Below are positions 1 through 9,534 of a DNA stretch of 64,000 bases, piece after piece. Below the pieces are notes generated by a model. The model made no database searches and had not been told where the DNA came from. It was given only the letters and a program-made list of their open reading frames with translations. Position numbers and translations under genes: made by a program. Position 1 is the first letter of the stretch; each line of letters begins with the position of its first letter. This DNA is from Gammaproteobacteria bacterium (GTDB taxonomy: Bacteria; Pseudomonadota; Gammaproteobacteria; CAKMZV01): positions 1,806,913 through 1,870,912 of the forward strand of contig OZ255827.1 of the NCBI GenBank assembly GCA_965277625.1, written 5' to 3'.

Positions 1-139
1 TATGCAGATTTATAGTCAAGTCCGCCTTGGGATCACACCCGAAATCAATGCAGTCTCAACCATCTTGGTGGGCTTAGTCACTGTGGGGGTTTTGGTCGCC
101 TCATTGGTACAGAAACGGAAAAACACTAATGCCCATTGA
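1..139 (+). CDS. Polyamine ABC transporter permease (PotI/PotC-like), 3' end only
   Basis: Frame 2 reads MQIYSQVRLGITPEINAVSTILVGLVTVGVLVASLVQKRKNTNAH*, matching the PotC/PotI C-terminal 'VRLG.SPEINA' motif; precedes puuB. Confidence 0.75.
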   Translation, partial: MQIYSQVRLGITPEINAVSTILVGLVTVGVLVASLVQKRKNTNAH

Positions 140-1448
140 TTACAATTTCGTTCTACGAAGCAATCCATCCACACACCAAGCCACCTACCCCAATTCTTAT
201 TACGCAGCAACAGCCAATAAGCAAGCTGACCATCCTGAATTGACCGAAACCATTCAGGCAGACGTTTGCATCATCGGCGGCGGCTTTAGTGGCATCAATA
301 CCGCCATTGAATTACGCGAAGCTGGACTGAATGTGGTTTTAATTGAAGCTCGGAAAATGGGCTGGGGTGCCTCAGGTCGCAATGGCGGTCAAGTGCTTCG
401 AGGCATTGGCCAAAACAACGATAAATTCATCAATATTATTGGACAAGAGGGTATTGATACACTTGAAAGAATGGGCGATGAAGCCATTGACATTGTGGTT
501 AATCGCATCAAAAAACACGGCATTGAATGCGACTTGAAATTTGGCTCAACCTCTGTCGCTCTCAAACCCCGCCACATGCGCGAAATAGTCGAATACCAAC
601 AACATTTAGAGCGCATTAAATACCCGCACAGCATTGAAATCACCGAGCAACAAAATTTGGCAGAAGTGATTGGCTCCGACCACTACATAGGCGCAATAAC
701 CTTGGGTGGGGACGCGCACGTCCATCCTCTGAATCTTTGCTTGGGTGAAGCACAAGTGGCTGCAGACCTCGGGGTGCAATTGTTTGAAAATACCCCCGCC
801 ATAGACATCAAAGAAGGCGCAAAAATTCAAGTAACGACTGAAAAAGGGGCTGTTCATGCAGATTTTGCGGTGATGTGTGGCAATGCGTACACCAAAAACA
901 TGCATAAAACAATCACCTCTAAAATCCTGCCCGCTGGCAGTTACATCATCGCCACTGAGCCCTTAGGCAAGCTGGCGGATACACTTTTGCCCAAAGACAG
1001 CGCTGTTTGCGATTTGAATTATGCTTTAGATTATTTTAGACTGAGTAAGGACAAGCGCTTATTGTTTGGTGGCTTGTGTAATTATTCGGGACGCGACCCC
1101 AGCAATATTTCTGAAATATTGCAGAAGAAAATGTTGACGGTTTTCCCGCAATTAAAAGAGACCCCCATAGACTATTACTGGGGCGGCATGATTGGCGTGG
1201 GCATCAATCGACTGCCTCAAATTGGGCGAATTGGTCATAATTTGTACTACGCTCAAGGCTATGCAGGTCATGGCGTCAATGCGACACACATCGCCGCTCG
1301 TGTTATTGCCGAATCCATCACCGCCCAAAGTCATCGTATCGATTTGTTTGAAAAAGTCAAACACCACACATTCCCAGGCGGCCCTCAACTTCAATCATTG
1401 TTATTCTCCTTAGGCATGCTTTATTTCCGCTTAAAAGATGCTTTATGA
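129..1448 (+). CDS. puuB: Gamma-glutamylputrescine oxidoreductase (FAD-dependent)
   Basis: SYYAAT N-terminus, IIGGGFSG dinucleotide motif, GASGRNGGQ, HPLNLCLGEA, LDYFRLS, GYAGHG; polyamine gene context. Confidence 0.85.
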   Translation: MPIDYNFVLRSNPSTHQATYPNSYYAATANKQADHPELTETIQADVCIIGGGFSGINTAIELREAGLNVVLIEARKMGWGASGRNGGQVLRGIGQNNDKFINIIGQEGIDTLERMGDEAIDIVVNRIKKHGIECDLKFGSTSVALKPRHMREIVEYQQHLERIKYPHSIEITEQQNLAEVIGSDHYIGAITLGGDAHVHPLNLCLGEAQVAADLGVQLFENTPAIDIKEGAKIQVTTEKGAVHADFAVMCGNAYTKNMHKTITSKILPAGSYIIATEPLGKLADTLLPKDSAVCDLNYALDYFRLSKDKRLLFGGLCNYSGRDPSNISEILQKKMLTVFPQLKETPIDYYWGGMIGVGINRLPQIGRIGHNLYYAQGYAGHGVNATHIAARVIAESITAQSHRIDLFEKVKHHTFPGGPQLQSLLFSLGMLYFRLKDAL

Positions 1449-1540
1449 TCGGACGTCGTCAAAATTATTAAGTATGCCCACTTTTACAAAGAATCGTTCA
1501 GACGCTTAAATATTCTGACTGATACAGCTTATCAAACGGA

Positions 1541-1891
1541 ATGAACAGAGTCATTGCAAAATTCATCACCTATCTTCTACTGATGTCATTCATTGGCGGT
1601 TGTACATCGCTTAAGCCGCTTAATATTAACCAACCGCGCGCAAATATTGTCTCAGCCATCAAGATTAATGACAAAATAACGGTCCGAACAAAATCAAATA
1701 CAACACTTGAATTGATTGTTAAGGAAATAACCCCCATAGAAATTATTGGTCACGAGCAAACAATCGCTTTTAGCGAAATAAAATCCTTACAAATAGAACA
1801 GTTATCTAATTCGAAAACAATTTCTGCCATTGTCTTAGGCTTCTTGGGCGTACACCTGCTGGTGTTATCCATTTTTCTTTTGACATCTTAA
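1541..1891 (+). CDS. Small putative lipoprotein (paralog 1)
   Basis: Hydrophobic signal ending FIGGC (lipobox-like), C-terminal hydrophobic helix; similar to next ORF. Confidence 0.65.
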   Translation: MNRVIAKFITYLLLMSFIGGCTSLKPLNINQPRANIVSAIKINDKITVRTKSNTTLELIVKEITPIEIIGHEQTIAFSEIKSLQIEQLSNSKTISAIVLGFLGVHLLVLSIFLLTS

Positions 1892-1905
1892 TCATTGATT
1901 GCATC

Positions 1906-2304
1906 ATGTTAAAACAGACCTTAGCCCCTACATTAAAACAACTTAGTCAATGGCTAAACGGTCGAACGCTTAAATACAGTTTCTATAGTGCAATCATATT
2001 CTTTATTGGTGGCTGCACCACCCTCCAACCCATAGATTGGCATCAATCTCAAACCGATCTTAGCGCCATCATTGGCCTAAATGAAACAATTGTGGTACAA
2101 ACCAAGTCGCATGAAAAATTTGAAATGGTTGTTAACAAAATCACTGCGACCGAAATCATTGGCAAAAACCGTATAATTGCCATTTCTGATATCAGTCGTA
2201 TTGAGAAAAATCAAAGCCATACAGGTAGAACGATTGGTGCTGTTGCAGGCGGTATTTTTGTAACAACCTACGTGATTTTAGCCGCAGGTGTCTTTTCAAA
2301 ATAA
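1906..2304 (+). CDS. Small putative lipoprotein (paralog 2)
   Basis: FIGGCTTL lipobox-like motif; shares TKS, EIIG and the C-terminal hydrophobic helix with paralog 1. Confidence 0.65.
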   Translation: MLKQTLAPTLKQLSQWLNGRTLKYSFYSAIIFFIGGCTTLQPIDWHQSQTDLSAIIGLNETIVVQTKSHEKFEMVVNKITATEIIGKNRIIAISDISRIEKNQSHTGRTIGAVAGGIFVTTYVILAAGVFSK

Positions 2305-2349
2305 AGCGGGCAAATTCAGTAACTCAAACAAGCAAAAAGGAGTCGAAAA

Positions 2350-3315
2350 ATGAATAAAGGTGATCAAGCATTCCGTTCAGACAACCCAAAAGATGTCTGG
2401 GAAGAAATGACTTATGCAGGCGCATTAAGTTTTATGCGTCGTCCCTATACAAGAGTCTTAGATCATGTTGATTTGGTCATCAGCGGCATCCCATACGATT
2501 GTGCAACCACCTACCGACCAGGTTGTCGATTTGGGCCCAAAGCCGTCCGCGAAAATTCTGTACAGTTGAGCGAATTAGAGGCCTTCCCTTATGGATTTAA
2601 CCCATTTGAAACGCTTTCCGTTATCGACTATGGTGATTGCTATATCAATCCACATCAGCCCCATACAATCGCTTCTACCATTGAACAACATGCAGATAAC
2701 ATCCTCAAACATTCAAGCAAAATGTTGACCTTGGGCGGTGATCATTTCATAACCTATCCTTTGCTCAAAGCGCACGCTAAAAAATACGGCCCGATTGCGT
2801 TGATCCAATTTGATGCGCATTGTGATACTTGGGAAGATGAACCAAATCGATTAGACCATGGCACCATGTTTGCCCGAGCGGTGGACGAGGGAGTCATCGA
2901 CGTCGCACGATCCATCCAAGTGGGCCTGCGCACCTATAACAATACAGACTATGGTTTTGAAATACTCACCGCCCCTTGGGTGCATAAAAACGGCATAGAC
3001 GCAACCATTCAAAAAGTCATCCAAAGGGTGGGCAATGCGCCTGTTTATCTGACCTTTGATGTTGATGGCTTGGACCCAGCTTTTGCTCCAGGCACGGGTA
3101 CACCCGTTGTCGGTGGTCTGGCAACTTGGCAGGCGCTGGCGTTCGTTCAAGGTTTGAAAGATTTAAATTTAATTGGCATGGACGTTGTTGAAGTTTCACC
3201 GCCTTATGATCACAGTGATATTACCGCCATTGCCGCAGCCACAGTGGCGTACCAATGGCTGTGCCTGCTCGCTCTTAAAAACGGGGCCAAACCCAATCCT
3301 GTGGGACATCTTTAA
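2350..3315 (+). CDS. speB: Agmatinase
   Basis: Ureohydrolase motifs GGDHFIT, FDAHCD, DHGT, TFDVDGLDPAFAPGTGTP, DVVEVSP. Confidence 0.92.
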   Translation: MNKGDQAFRSDNPKDVWEEMTYAGALSFMRRPYTRVLDHVDLVISGIPYDCATTYRPGCRFGPKAVRENSVQLSELEAFPYGFNPFETLSVIDYGDCYINPHQPHTIASTIEQHADNILKHSSKMLTLGGDHFITYPLLKAHAKKYGPIALIQFDAHCDTWEDEPNRLDHGTMFARAVDEGVIDVARSIQVGLRTYNNTDYGFEILTAPWVHKNGIDATIQKVIQRVGNAPVYLTFDVDGLDPAFAPGTGTPVVGGLATWQALAFVQGLKDLNLIGMDVVEVSPPYDHSDITAIAAATVAYQWLCLLALKNGAKPNPVGHL

Positions 3316-3370
3316 AATTTCTGTTTTTACGACGACAGTCACTGTAAAATAATCTCAAGAGGATCACACC

Positions 3371-4198
3371 ATGAATATACGACGCTACACAAAATTACAT
3401 CTAATCGCTTGGGCTTTTCTGCTAAGCTTTATGGTTTCACAAGCCATGGCGGCCAAGGTCATTAAAAACGCCTTGGGCATGTCATTTGTTGAAATCCCAG
3501 CTGGTGACTTTATGATGGGCACACCTGATTTGGTTGAGGCTCAGATGGAGTTTCCTGACCCAGACGACGACACAGCCGCTGATGAACTGCCCGCACATAA
3601 AGTTGTTTTCAAGCAATCGTTTTTTATGGGCCAGACCGAGGTGACGCAAGAACAGTGGTTCAAGGTCATGGAAAATCGCCCTGGCAAAACTTGGCAAGAA
3701 CCTCAATGGCAAAAACTACCCGTTGGTGGCATCAGTTGGTATATGGCGCAACGTTTCACCGAAGAGTTGACTTTGTTAGACAAGAAGTATCGTTATCGAT
3801 TGCCCACAGAGGCTGAATGGGAATACGCGGCCCGCGCTGGCCGTCAGTCTGAGATGCGCCCTCACGAATTAGAAAAAATGACCGAATTTGCTTGGTTCAT
3901 TGACAGTTCAGGAGACCACGCCCACCCAGTTGCCACGACCAAACCCAATGCTTACGGTTTGTACGATATGTTTGGCAATGTCTGGGAATGGACCAACGAC
4001 TGGTATCACGAAGCAACCTATGCCAATAGGCCAACTAACATCAATCCTCAGGGGCCTGACAAAGGGTTCGCAAAAGTCAAAAGAGGGGGCTCTTACCACT
4101 GTCCAGGCCATCTGATTCGGTCGGCTCATCGAGGTGGCAATCGACCCAACCAAGGATTTGTGGTCGATGGCTTCAGAGTTGTTGCAGAATTAAAGTAA
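3371..4198 (+). CDS. Secreted formylglycine-generating enzyme (SUMF1/FGE-sulfatase) family protein
   Basis: Signal peptide, F.MG, TEVT, RLPTEAEWEYAARAG, PNAYGLYDMFGNVWEW, GFR. Confidence 0.85.
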   Translation: MNIRRYTKLHLIAWAFLLSFMVSQAMAAKVIKNALGMSFVEIPAGDFMMGTPDLVEAQMEFPDPDDDTAADELPAHKVVFKQSFFMGQTEVTQEQWFKVMENRPGKTWQEPQWQKLPVGGISWYMAQRFTEELTLLDKKYRYRLPTEAEWEYAARAGRQSEMRPHELEKMTEFAWFIDSSGDHAHPVATTKPNAYGLYDMFGNVWEWTNDWYHEATYANRPTNINPQGPDKGFAKVKRGGSYHCPGHLIRSAHRGGNRPNQGFVVDGFRVVAELK

Positions 4199-4204
4199 TC
4201 CTCA

Positions 4205-5062
4205 TTATTGTTTGACGGGTGCTTTCCGTTTGCCGATAAGGCATAAGCCACTGACAATAATGATGATGATACCCACCCACGTCAACACAGATGGCAGGTC
4301 TTCAAAAAACAGATAGCCAATAATGACCGCCCCGATCATTTCAATATAAAGAAAGGGCGACAGCAATGACGCCTCTGTCAGTTGAAAGGCAATGATTGTC
4401 AATATGTGACAACACAATGACAAGGTGCCCATGGCAAAAATAATCAGCAAAAGATTGATTGAAGGCCACTGCCATTCAAACAAGGCCAAAGGTAATAACA
4501 CCACCGCCCCCAAAATATATTGAAAATTAAGCGTGACGGTGGGACTGCTGCTACTGCCCAATGCCCGAGAAGCGATCATATAAAGCCCAAATAATATCCC
4601 TGCAGCTAAGGCAAACAGAATGCCTGCATCAGGAATATTGCTGGGTCTAACCACAAAAAGCACCCCAACAAAACCCACAACCACTGACAAGATTTTAGGT
4701 TTGGTTAAAACCTCCCCAAGTAGCAATGCTGAAAATAATGTGGCCACAAAAGGTGCGACAAAGTATGCCGCTGTGGCTTCAGCCAGAGGAACCGTCGCAA
4801 TGCCCACAAAAAAGCAAGTCATTGCTGTAATGAGCAATAATGTTCTTAGACTTTGTAAACCTAATTTTTCTGTGGGTAAAATTTTGCCTTTATAACGCCA
4901 TACAGTGATGGGCAAGATAAACACCAATCCCGAAGCATAGCGTGCCCAGCTGATGAACAGGGGTGATAAGTCAGAACTCAAATATTTTGCGATGCCATCC
5001 ACGAACGGAATAAAGAAGACGCCAACGCTCATCAACACGATCCCCAAGAGGGTCGAGTTCAT
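4205..5062 (-). CDS. DMT/EamA family transporter
   Basis: About 10 hydrophobic helices, two EamA repeats (LLGE, FFEDLP); start may extend to 5098. Confidence 0.85.
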   Translation of the reverse strand: MNSTLLGIVLMSVGVFFIPFVDGIAKYLSSDLSPLFISWARYASGLVFILPITVWRYKGKILPTEKLGLQSLRTLLLITAMTCFFVGIATVPLAEATAAYFVAPFVATLFSALLLGEVLTKPKILSVVVGFVGVLFVVRPSNIPDAGILFALAAGILFGLYMIASRALGSSSSPTVTLNFQYILGAVVLLPLALFEWQWPSINLLLIIFAMGTLSLCCHILTIIAFQLTEASLLSPFLYIEMIGAVIIGYLFFEDLPSVLTWVGIIIIIVSGLCLIGKRKAPVKQ

Positions 5063-5119
5063 CTTTATACTTTCATTCAATCCGCTGAGTTTGCCCATAG
5101 TCCCTTGATTATGACCGCA

Positions 5120-6799
5120 TTACGATGAAGGCGTACTATTTTCCGTAGAGGCTTCGGTTTCTGTATTTTGACCGCCAGCATTTGTCTCTTGGGTGTATTC
5201 CTCAAATAATTGTTCAATGGCCTGATACGTTTCTGGATCGGCTTTATGGGTCAATCCCTCAAACACCAGTCGATTGATGCCCGATTTTTTCAATGCAATG
5301 AGGTTGCCCAAGGCCCTAGTAAAATTGATCGCTTGATCTGGGTATAAGATCAGCATGGCGCGAATGATGGGCTTCGTTAAGCGTGGTTTCAACAACACCA
5401 ATGTTTCCACAATCTCTTCGGATCGATAGCCATTAAATAATGCCATGTGCTTTTCTATGTGCTGATGCGTTTTCGAGGGTGAAAAGGCGATAAGTGAGCC
5501 CAATGCATCAATGCTAACACTGCGGATTTTATTCAATTTTGATTCACTGAAAGGGTCTTGGGTAATCCCTGGCTGCAAAATTGGATAGGGGATGGTGTAG
5601 GGAATGCTTTCTTCATCATTGGCAAAATTTCTACTCACTATCACTCGATAAATCATGAACGGAATGCTCAAGCCCATTAATCCAATAAAATAAATAAGCA
5701 GCCCACTGGGGTTAAACCATTCCATAAATGTCGAGGCGATGATTGGCCCGACAATTAAACCGAAACTGTTTAGCAAGAGTAAGCTACTCATAGCTGCTAC
5801 GGCTTTTTCATTGTCAATCTGGTTGAAAATGAATTTAACGCTCACCGGATAAATACAACTGAGGCTACCACCCATGATAAACATCACCACCAAATAGTAG
5901 GTCCAAGGTGATTCTCTCAAGGTAAATGAATATGCAATAATCGCCGTCACAAAAGCAATGATCACCAAACCAAGGATGACTCTGCGTTCGTCAAATTTAT
6001 CTGCCAGACGACCCACAGGTACTTGGAAAAAGATCGAGCCACCGGTTGCCGTCGCCAAAAGAATGATAAATTGAATATCTTCTACACCCAACCACAGCAC
6101 AAACAATGACATCAAAGTATATAAAGCGGACAGGGCCAATCCAGAAACAATCGACATAATCGCACCACTTGGGGTATCTCTGAGCATTTCTATGATGGGT
6201 AAATGGGCTTGATTCTTTTCCACTTCTGGTGATAGATAGCGACTCATGAGCAATGGAATGATCGAAACATTCAACAGCAATGCAATCATACTAAAAGCTC
6301 TTGTATCCCACGGATCATAAAACAGTGCAAACATTGGTGCACATAGAATGCCCAAGGCAAAAAATAATTGATACATGGCAAAAATGGTGCCTCTGCTGCT
6401 GCGATCGCCAATGACATTGATCCAGCTTTCTAATGTAATATAAACAATGGCCATAGAAACACCCACTAAAAACCGCATTACACCGTTAAACCAAATGGCA
6501 TTGAAGAATATGTGTAATATGGCAACCAAAGCGATGATGGTCGCAACGGTGGTATAGCTTCTGATATGTCCCACTCGGGATATGATTTTATAACCGTACA
6601 AACTGCCCACCAAGAAGCCCGCTGAATAGGAAGCCATGACCCAACCGATGGTACCAATGGAGACGCCATTCAACTTCATAATTAACGGCAAAATGATCAC
6701 CAAAGTATTGTGTGCCAAAGAAGCAAATAAAATGGCAATGAGGATACTTTGAATGCGAGAAAAATTCTGCATCAATGGGGATGACAAAAACTTAAACAT
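5120..6799 (-). CDS. MFS transporter (YcaD-like) with C-terminal soluble extension
   Basis: ISRVGHIRS, ESWIN, QVPVGRLADKFDERRV MFS motifs; about 150 extra hydrophilic residues at the C-terminus. Confidence 0.85.
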   Translation of the reverse strand: MFKFLSSPLMQNFSRIQSILIAILFASLAHNTLVIILPLIMKLNGVSIGTIGWVMASYSAGFLVGSLYGYKIISRVGHIRSYTTVATIIALVAILHIFFNAIWFNGVMRFLVGVSMAIVYITLESWINVIGDRSSRGTIFAMYQLFFALGILCAPMFALFYDPWDTRAFSMIALLLNVSIIPLLMSRYLSPEVEKNQAHLPIIEMLRDTPSGAIMSIVSGLALSALYTLMSLFVLWLGVEDIQFIILLATATGGSIFFQVPVGRLADKFDERRVILGLVIIAFVTAIIAYSFTLRESPWTYYLVVMFIMGGSLSCIYPVSVKFIFNQIDNEKAVAAMSSLLLLNSFGLIVGPIIASTFMEWFNPSGLLIYFIGLMGLSIPFMIYRVIVSRNFANDEESIPYTIPYPILQPGITQDPFSESKLNKIRSVSIDALGSLIAFSPSKTHQHIEKHMALFNGYRSEEIVETLVLLKPRLTKPIIRAMLILYPDQAINFTRALGNLIALKKSGINRLVFEGLTHKADPETYQAIEQLFEEYTQETNAGGQNTETEASTENSTPSS

Positions 6800-7103
6800 G
6801 GTGAACTCTATCGGCGTTAAAGGGTGACAAAACAAAGCCATTTAAAGGGCCGAAATGGCCTCAATAATAGTGCGAGCATTCTAACGCATAAATCTTTATA
6901 AATAATGAAAATAATTAGGGAATTAATGGCTTTTTTTACAACAAAAAATTCAATGAAAAAAGCCCCCGTTTTTGCGTTGTTGATTGCGCCATATTTACCC
7001 AAGGAAATGCCTTGACGCGCCGCTAAAGGCAAACTCGATTTAACGCATCTAATAAATTCATGACACATGGCTTTTGATTGAACGGATTTATTAGTTTTTC
7101 CCC

Positions 7104-7143
7104 TTGACAAGCCCTTGTCAAAAGCTGACAATACGCCTGAAAA
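7104..7143 (+). promoter_or_regulatory. Putative Pho-box-like direct repeats upstream of the pst operon
   Basis: TTGACAA (7104), TTGTCAA (7115), CTGACAA (7125), CTGAAAA (7137), spaced 10-12 bp; resemble PhoB CTGTCAT half-sites. Confidence 0.45.
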
Positions 7144-7274
7144 TTTAAAAACCGTTTGAATGGTTTTTTTAAATAATTCGGTTCGAGAAACGTTCACGTC
7201 AATGGTTGCTTTTGTGGACACAACCTAAGCAAAGCAGGATTCGCTAACTAGCCCTAATATGACCGAAGATACTT

Positions 7275-9518
7275 ATGGATGTTTTATCCTTTTTAAGAAA
7301 TCACCGTTCAAATCGTCGTAGAGAACTTGTAGATTCCCTCGCACGGTATCTAATCACCTTTGGCGGTGTCTGCGTTATCATTGCCATCACTTTGATTTTC
7401 GCTTACCTCATTTCCGTCGTTTATCCCTTATTTGATTCTGCTGAGATCGAGTCTAAATGGACTCAATCTCATGCGAATAATCAACAAACAATCCCGCTGT
7501 ATAGTCGCATAGACGAATACCAAGAAACTTATACCGAAGTGTTTGCCGATGGTCGCGTTCAACATTTTAGGGTGCCAACTCAAAAGCAAGCAGGAAAAAT
7601 CATTGCACAACCGCCATTGGAGGATGTTGCTGCCATTCAGGCCGTTACGCTGATTGGTCGTGCGCCTTTGCGCTACGCCTGGGCCGAAGAAGATGGCTAC
7701 ATAAGGTTTGTTAAACATACTGATCAGCTGAGTTATCCAGATGATACACGATTAGTCACCCCTCTGATTGAACCACTCTATGGTGAGGATAATCAAAGAA
7801 TACAAGTGAGTGAATTCGACATCACCGCCCTGGCTGCTCGTGAACTTGACGAAGAAGTTTTGGTGGCTATTCAAACCAACAACCAACTTGAACTGATTCG
7901 CTACGCCAAAGAATCATCTTTGGATGGCGAAGGCAGTACCTTAGAAGAGGATTCACGTACCATCCTACCCACTAACCAAATCAGCGTAGGTCAAAATTTT
8001 GTTGCCGATCAATTGCACCTGAGCAACGACGGGCGTTGGCTGATCGCCCTCTCCCAAGAAGGACTATTTGTCGCTTATGGCCTGTTTGAAGAAGCCCTCA
8101 TAGTAAACCCGCAAATCATTGATACCAACAGAACCATCCTGACTTCCGCGTGGTTGCTCGGTGAAGTATCACTGCTGCTTGGAGACAACAAGGGTTTTGT
8201 CAGCAAATGGTTTTTGAACCAAGGCGCGTGGCAGGAAATCACCTCAACCCAGTTATCGCAAAAACCCATCAGCCACATTGTCAGCGAGCACCAACGCAAA
8301 GTTTTTGCCGCCAGCGATACCGAGGGTAAAATCGGCTTATTTTACGCCCCTTCTGCTTCATTAATATTAACCCAGCAAGTTTCCGAACAACCTTTGTTGA
8401 TCAACTTCACCCCCCGTGGAGATGGATTGCAAATCTATTCACAACAACAGCAACAATGGTTCGCCATCGACAATGAACACCCCGAAATCAACTTCCGATC
8501 ATTGTGGTCAAAAATTCACTACGAAGGCTATCCAGAACCGCAACATGTTTGGCAATCGTCTGCCGCTGATCAAGATTTTGAAGCAAAATTAAGTTTAACC
8601 CCCTTGACCTTTGGCACGCTTAAGGCGGCTTTTTACGCCATGCTCATTGCCATGCCTTTGGCCATTTTTGGTGCCATTTACACCGCCTTTTTTATGTCGC
8701 CTGCCATGCGTCGCATGGTCAAACCCACCATTGAAACTATGGAAGCCTTACCCACGGTCATCTTAGGATTTTTGGCTGGATTGTGGCTGTCCCCCTTCAT
8801 TGAAAATAATTTGGCAGCAATCTTTTTAACATTGTGGGTCATGCCTGTGGCATTGGTTGCTTTTGGTTGGTTGTGGTTAAGAGCGCCTAGTCATTGGATT
8901 GCATTAATTAATGACCAATGGCGCGCCGCCCTACTTGTGCCTGTTGTTATCGGTATTACCTTATTTTGTTTTTGGTTGGCTCAACCCATTGAAACCGTAT
9001 TTTTTGATGGTAATTTACGCCAATATATCAGCCAAGAGTTAGGCATTAGCTATGACCAACGCAATGCCATGGTGGTTGGTTTTGCCATGGGATTTGCCGT
9101 GATTCCAACCATTTTTTCCATCTCAGAAGACGCCGTTTTTTCGGTGCCCAAACATTTGGTTAATGGTTCATTAGCTTTGGGGGCTTCATCGTGGCAAACC
9201 CTAACAGGCGTTGTATTGCCCACCGCCAGCCCAGGCATATTTTCTGGCGTCATGATTGGTTTCGGACGAGCCGTCGGTGAAACCATGATTGTACTGATGG
9301 CGACTGGAAATACCCCCATCATGGACTTTAACATCTTTGAAGGCATGCGTACTTTGGCCGCCAATATTGCTGTTGAAATGCCCGAATCGGAAGTGGGCAG
9401 TTCCCATTATCGCGTGCTGTTTTTAGCCGCTTTGGTACTATTCTTATTCACTTTCCTATTCAACACCAGTGCAGAAATCATACGCCAACGATTGCGCAAA
9501 AAATACGGTTCCTTATAA
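7275..9518 (+). CDS. pstC: Phosphate ABC permease PstC (long form with periplasmic beta-propeller-like insert)
   Basis: WQSS, PLTFGTLKAA, EALPTV, GRAVGETMIVLMATGN. Confidence 0.9.
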   Translation: MDVLSFLRNHRSNRRRELVDSLARYLITFGGVCVIIAITLIFAYLISVVYPLFDSAEIESKWTQSHANNQQTIPLYSRIDEYQETYTEVFADGRVQHFRVPTQKQAGKIIAQPPLEDVAAIQAVTLIGRAPLRYAWAEEDGYIRFVKHTDQLSYPDDTRLVTPLIEPLYGEDNQRIQVSEFDITALAARELDEEVLVAIQTNNQLELIRYAKESSLDGEGSTLEEDSRTILPTNQISVGQNFVADQLHLSNDGRWLIALSQEGLFVAYGLFEEALIVNPQIIDTNRTILTSAWLLGEVSLLLGDNKGFVSKWFLNQGAWQEITSTQLSQKPISHIVSEHQRKVFAASDTEGKIGLFYAPSASLILTQQVSEQPLLINFTPRGDGLQIYSQQQQQWFAIDNEHPEINFRSLWSKIHYEGYPEPQHVWQSSAADQDFEAKLSLTPLTFGTLKAAFYAMLIAMPLAIFGAIYTAFFMSPAMRRMVKPTIETMEALPTVILGFLAGLWLSPFIENNLAAIFLTLWVMPVALVAFGWLWLRAPSHWIALINDQWRAALLVPVVIGITLFCFWLAQPIETVFFDGNLRQYISQELGISYDQRNAMVVGFAMGFAVIPTIFSISEDAVFSVPKHLVNGSLALGASSWQTLTGVVLPTASPGIFSGVMIGFGRAVGETMIVLMATGNTPIMDFNIFEGMRTLAANIAVEMPESEVGSSHYRVLFLAALVLFLFTFLFNTSAEIIRQRLRKKYGSL

Positions 9519-9534
9519 TCCTTTGCCATCACCC

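Noticed and set aside
6817-7221. 134-aa minus-strand ORF between the MFS gene and pstC
   Set aside because: Spans a divergent promoter region, with no recognisable motifs
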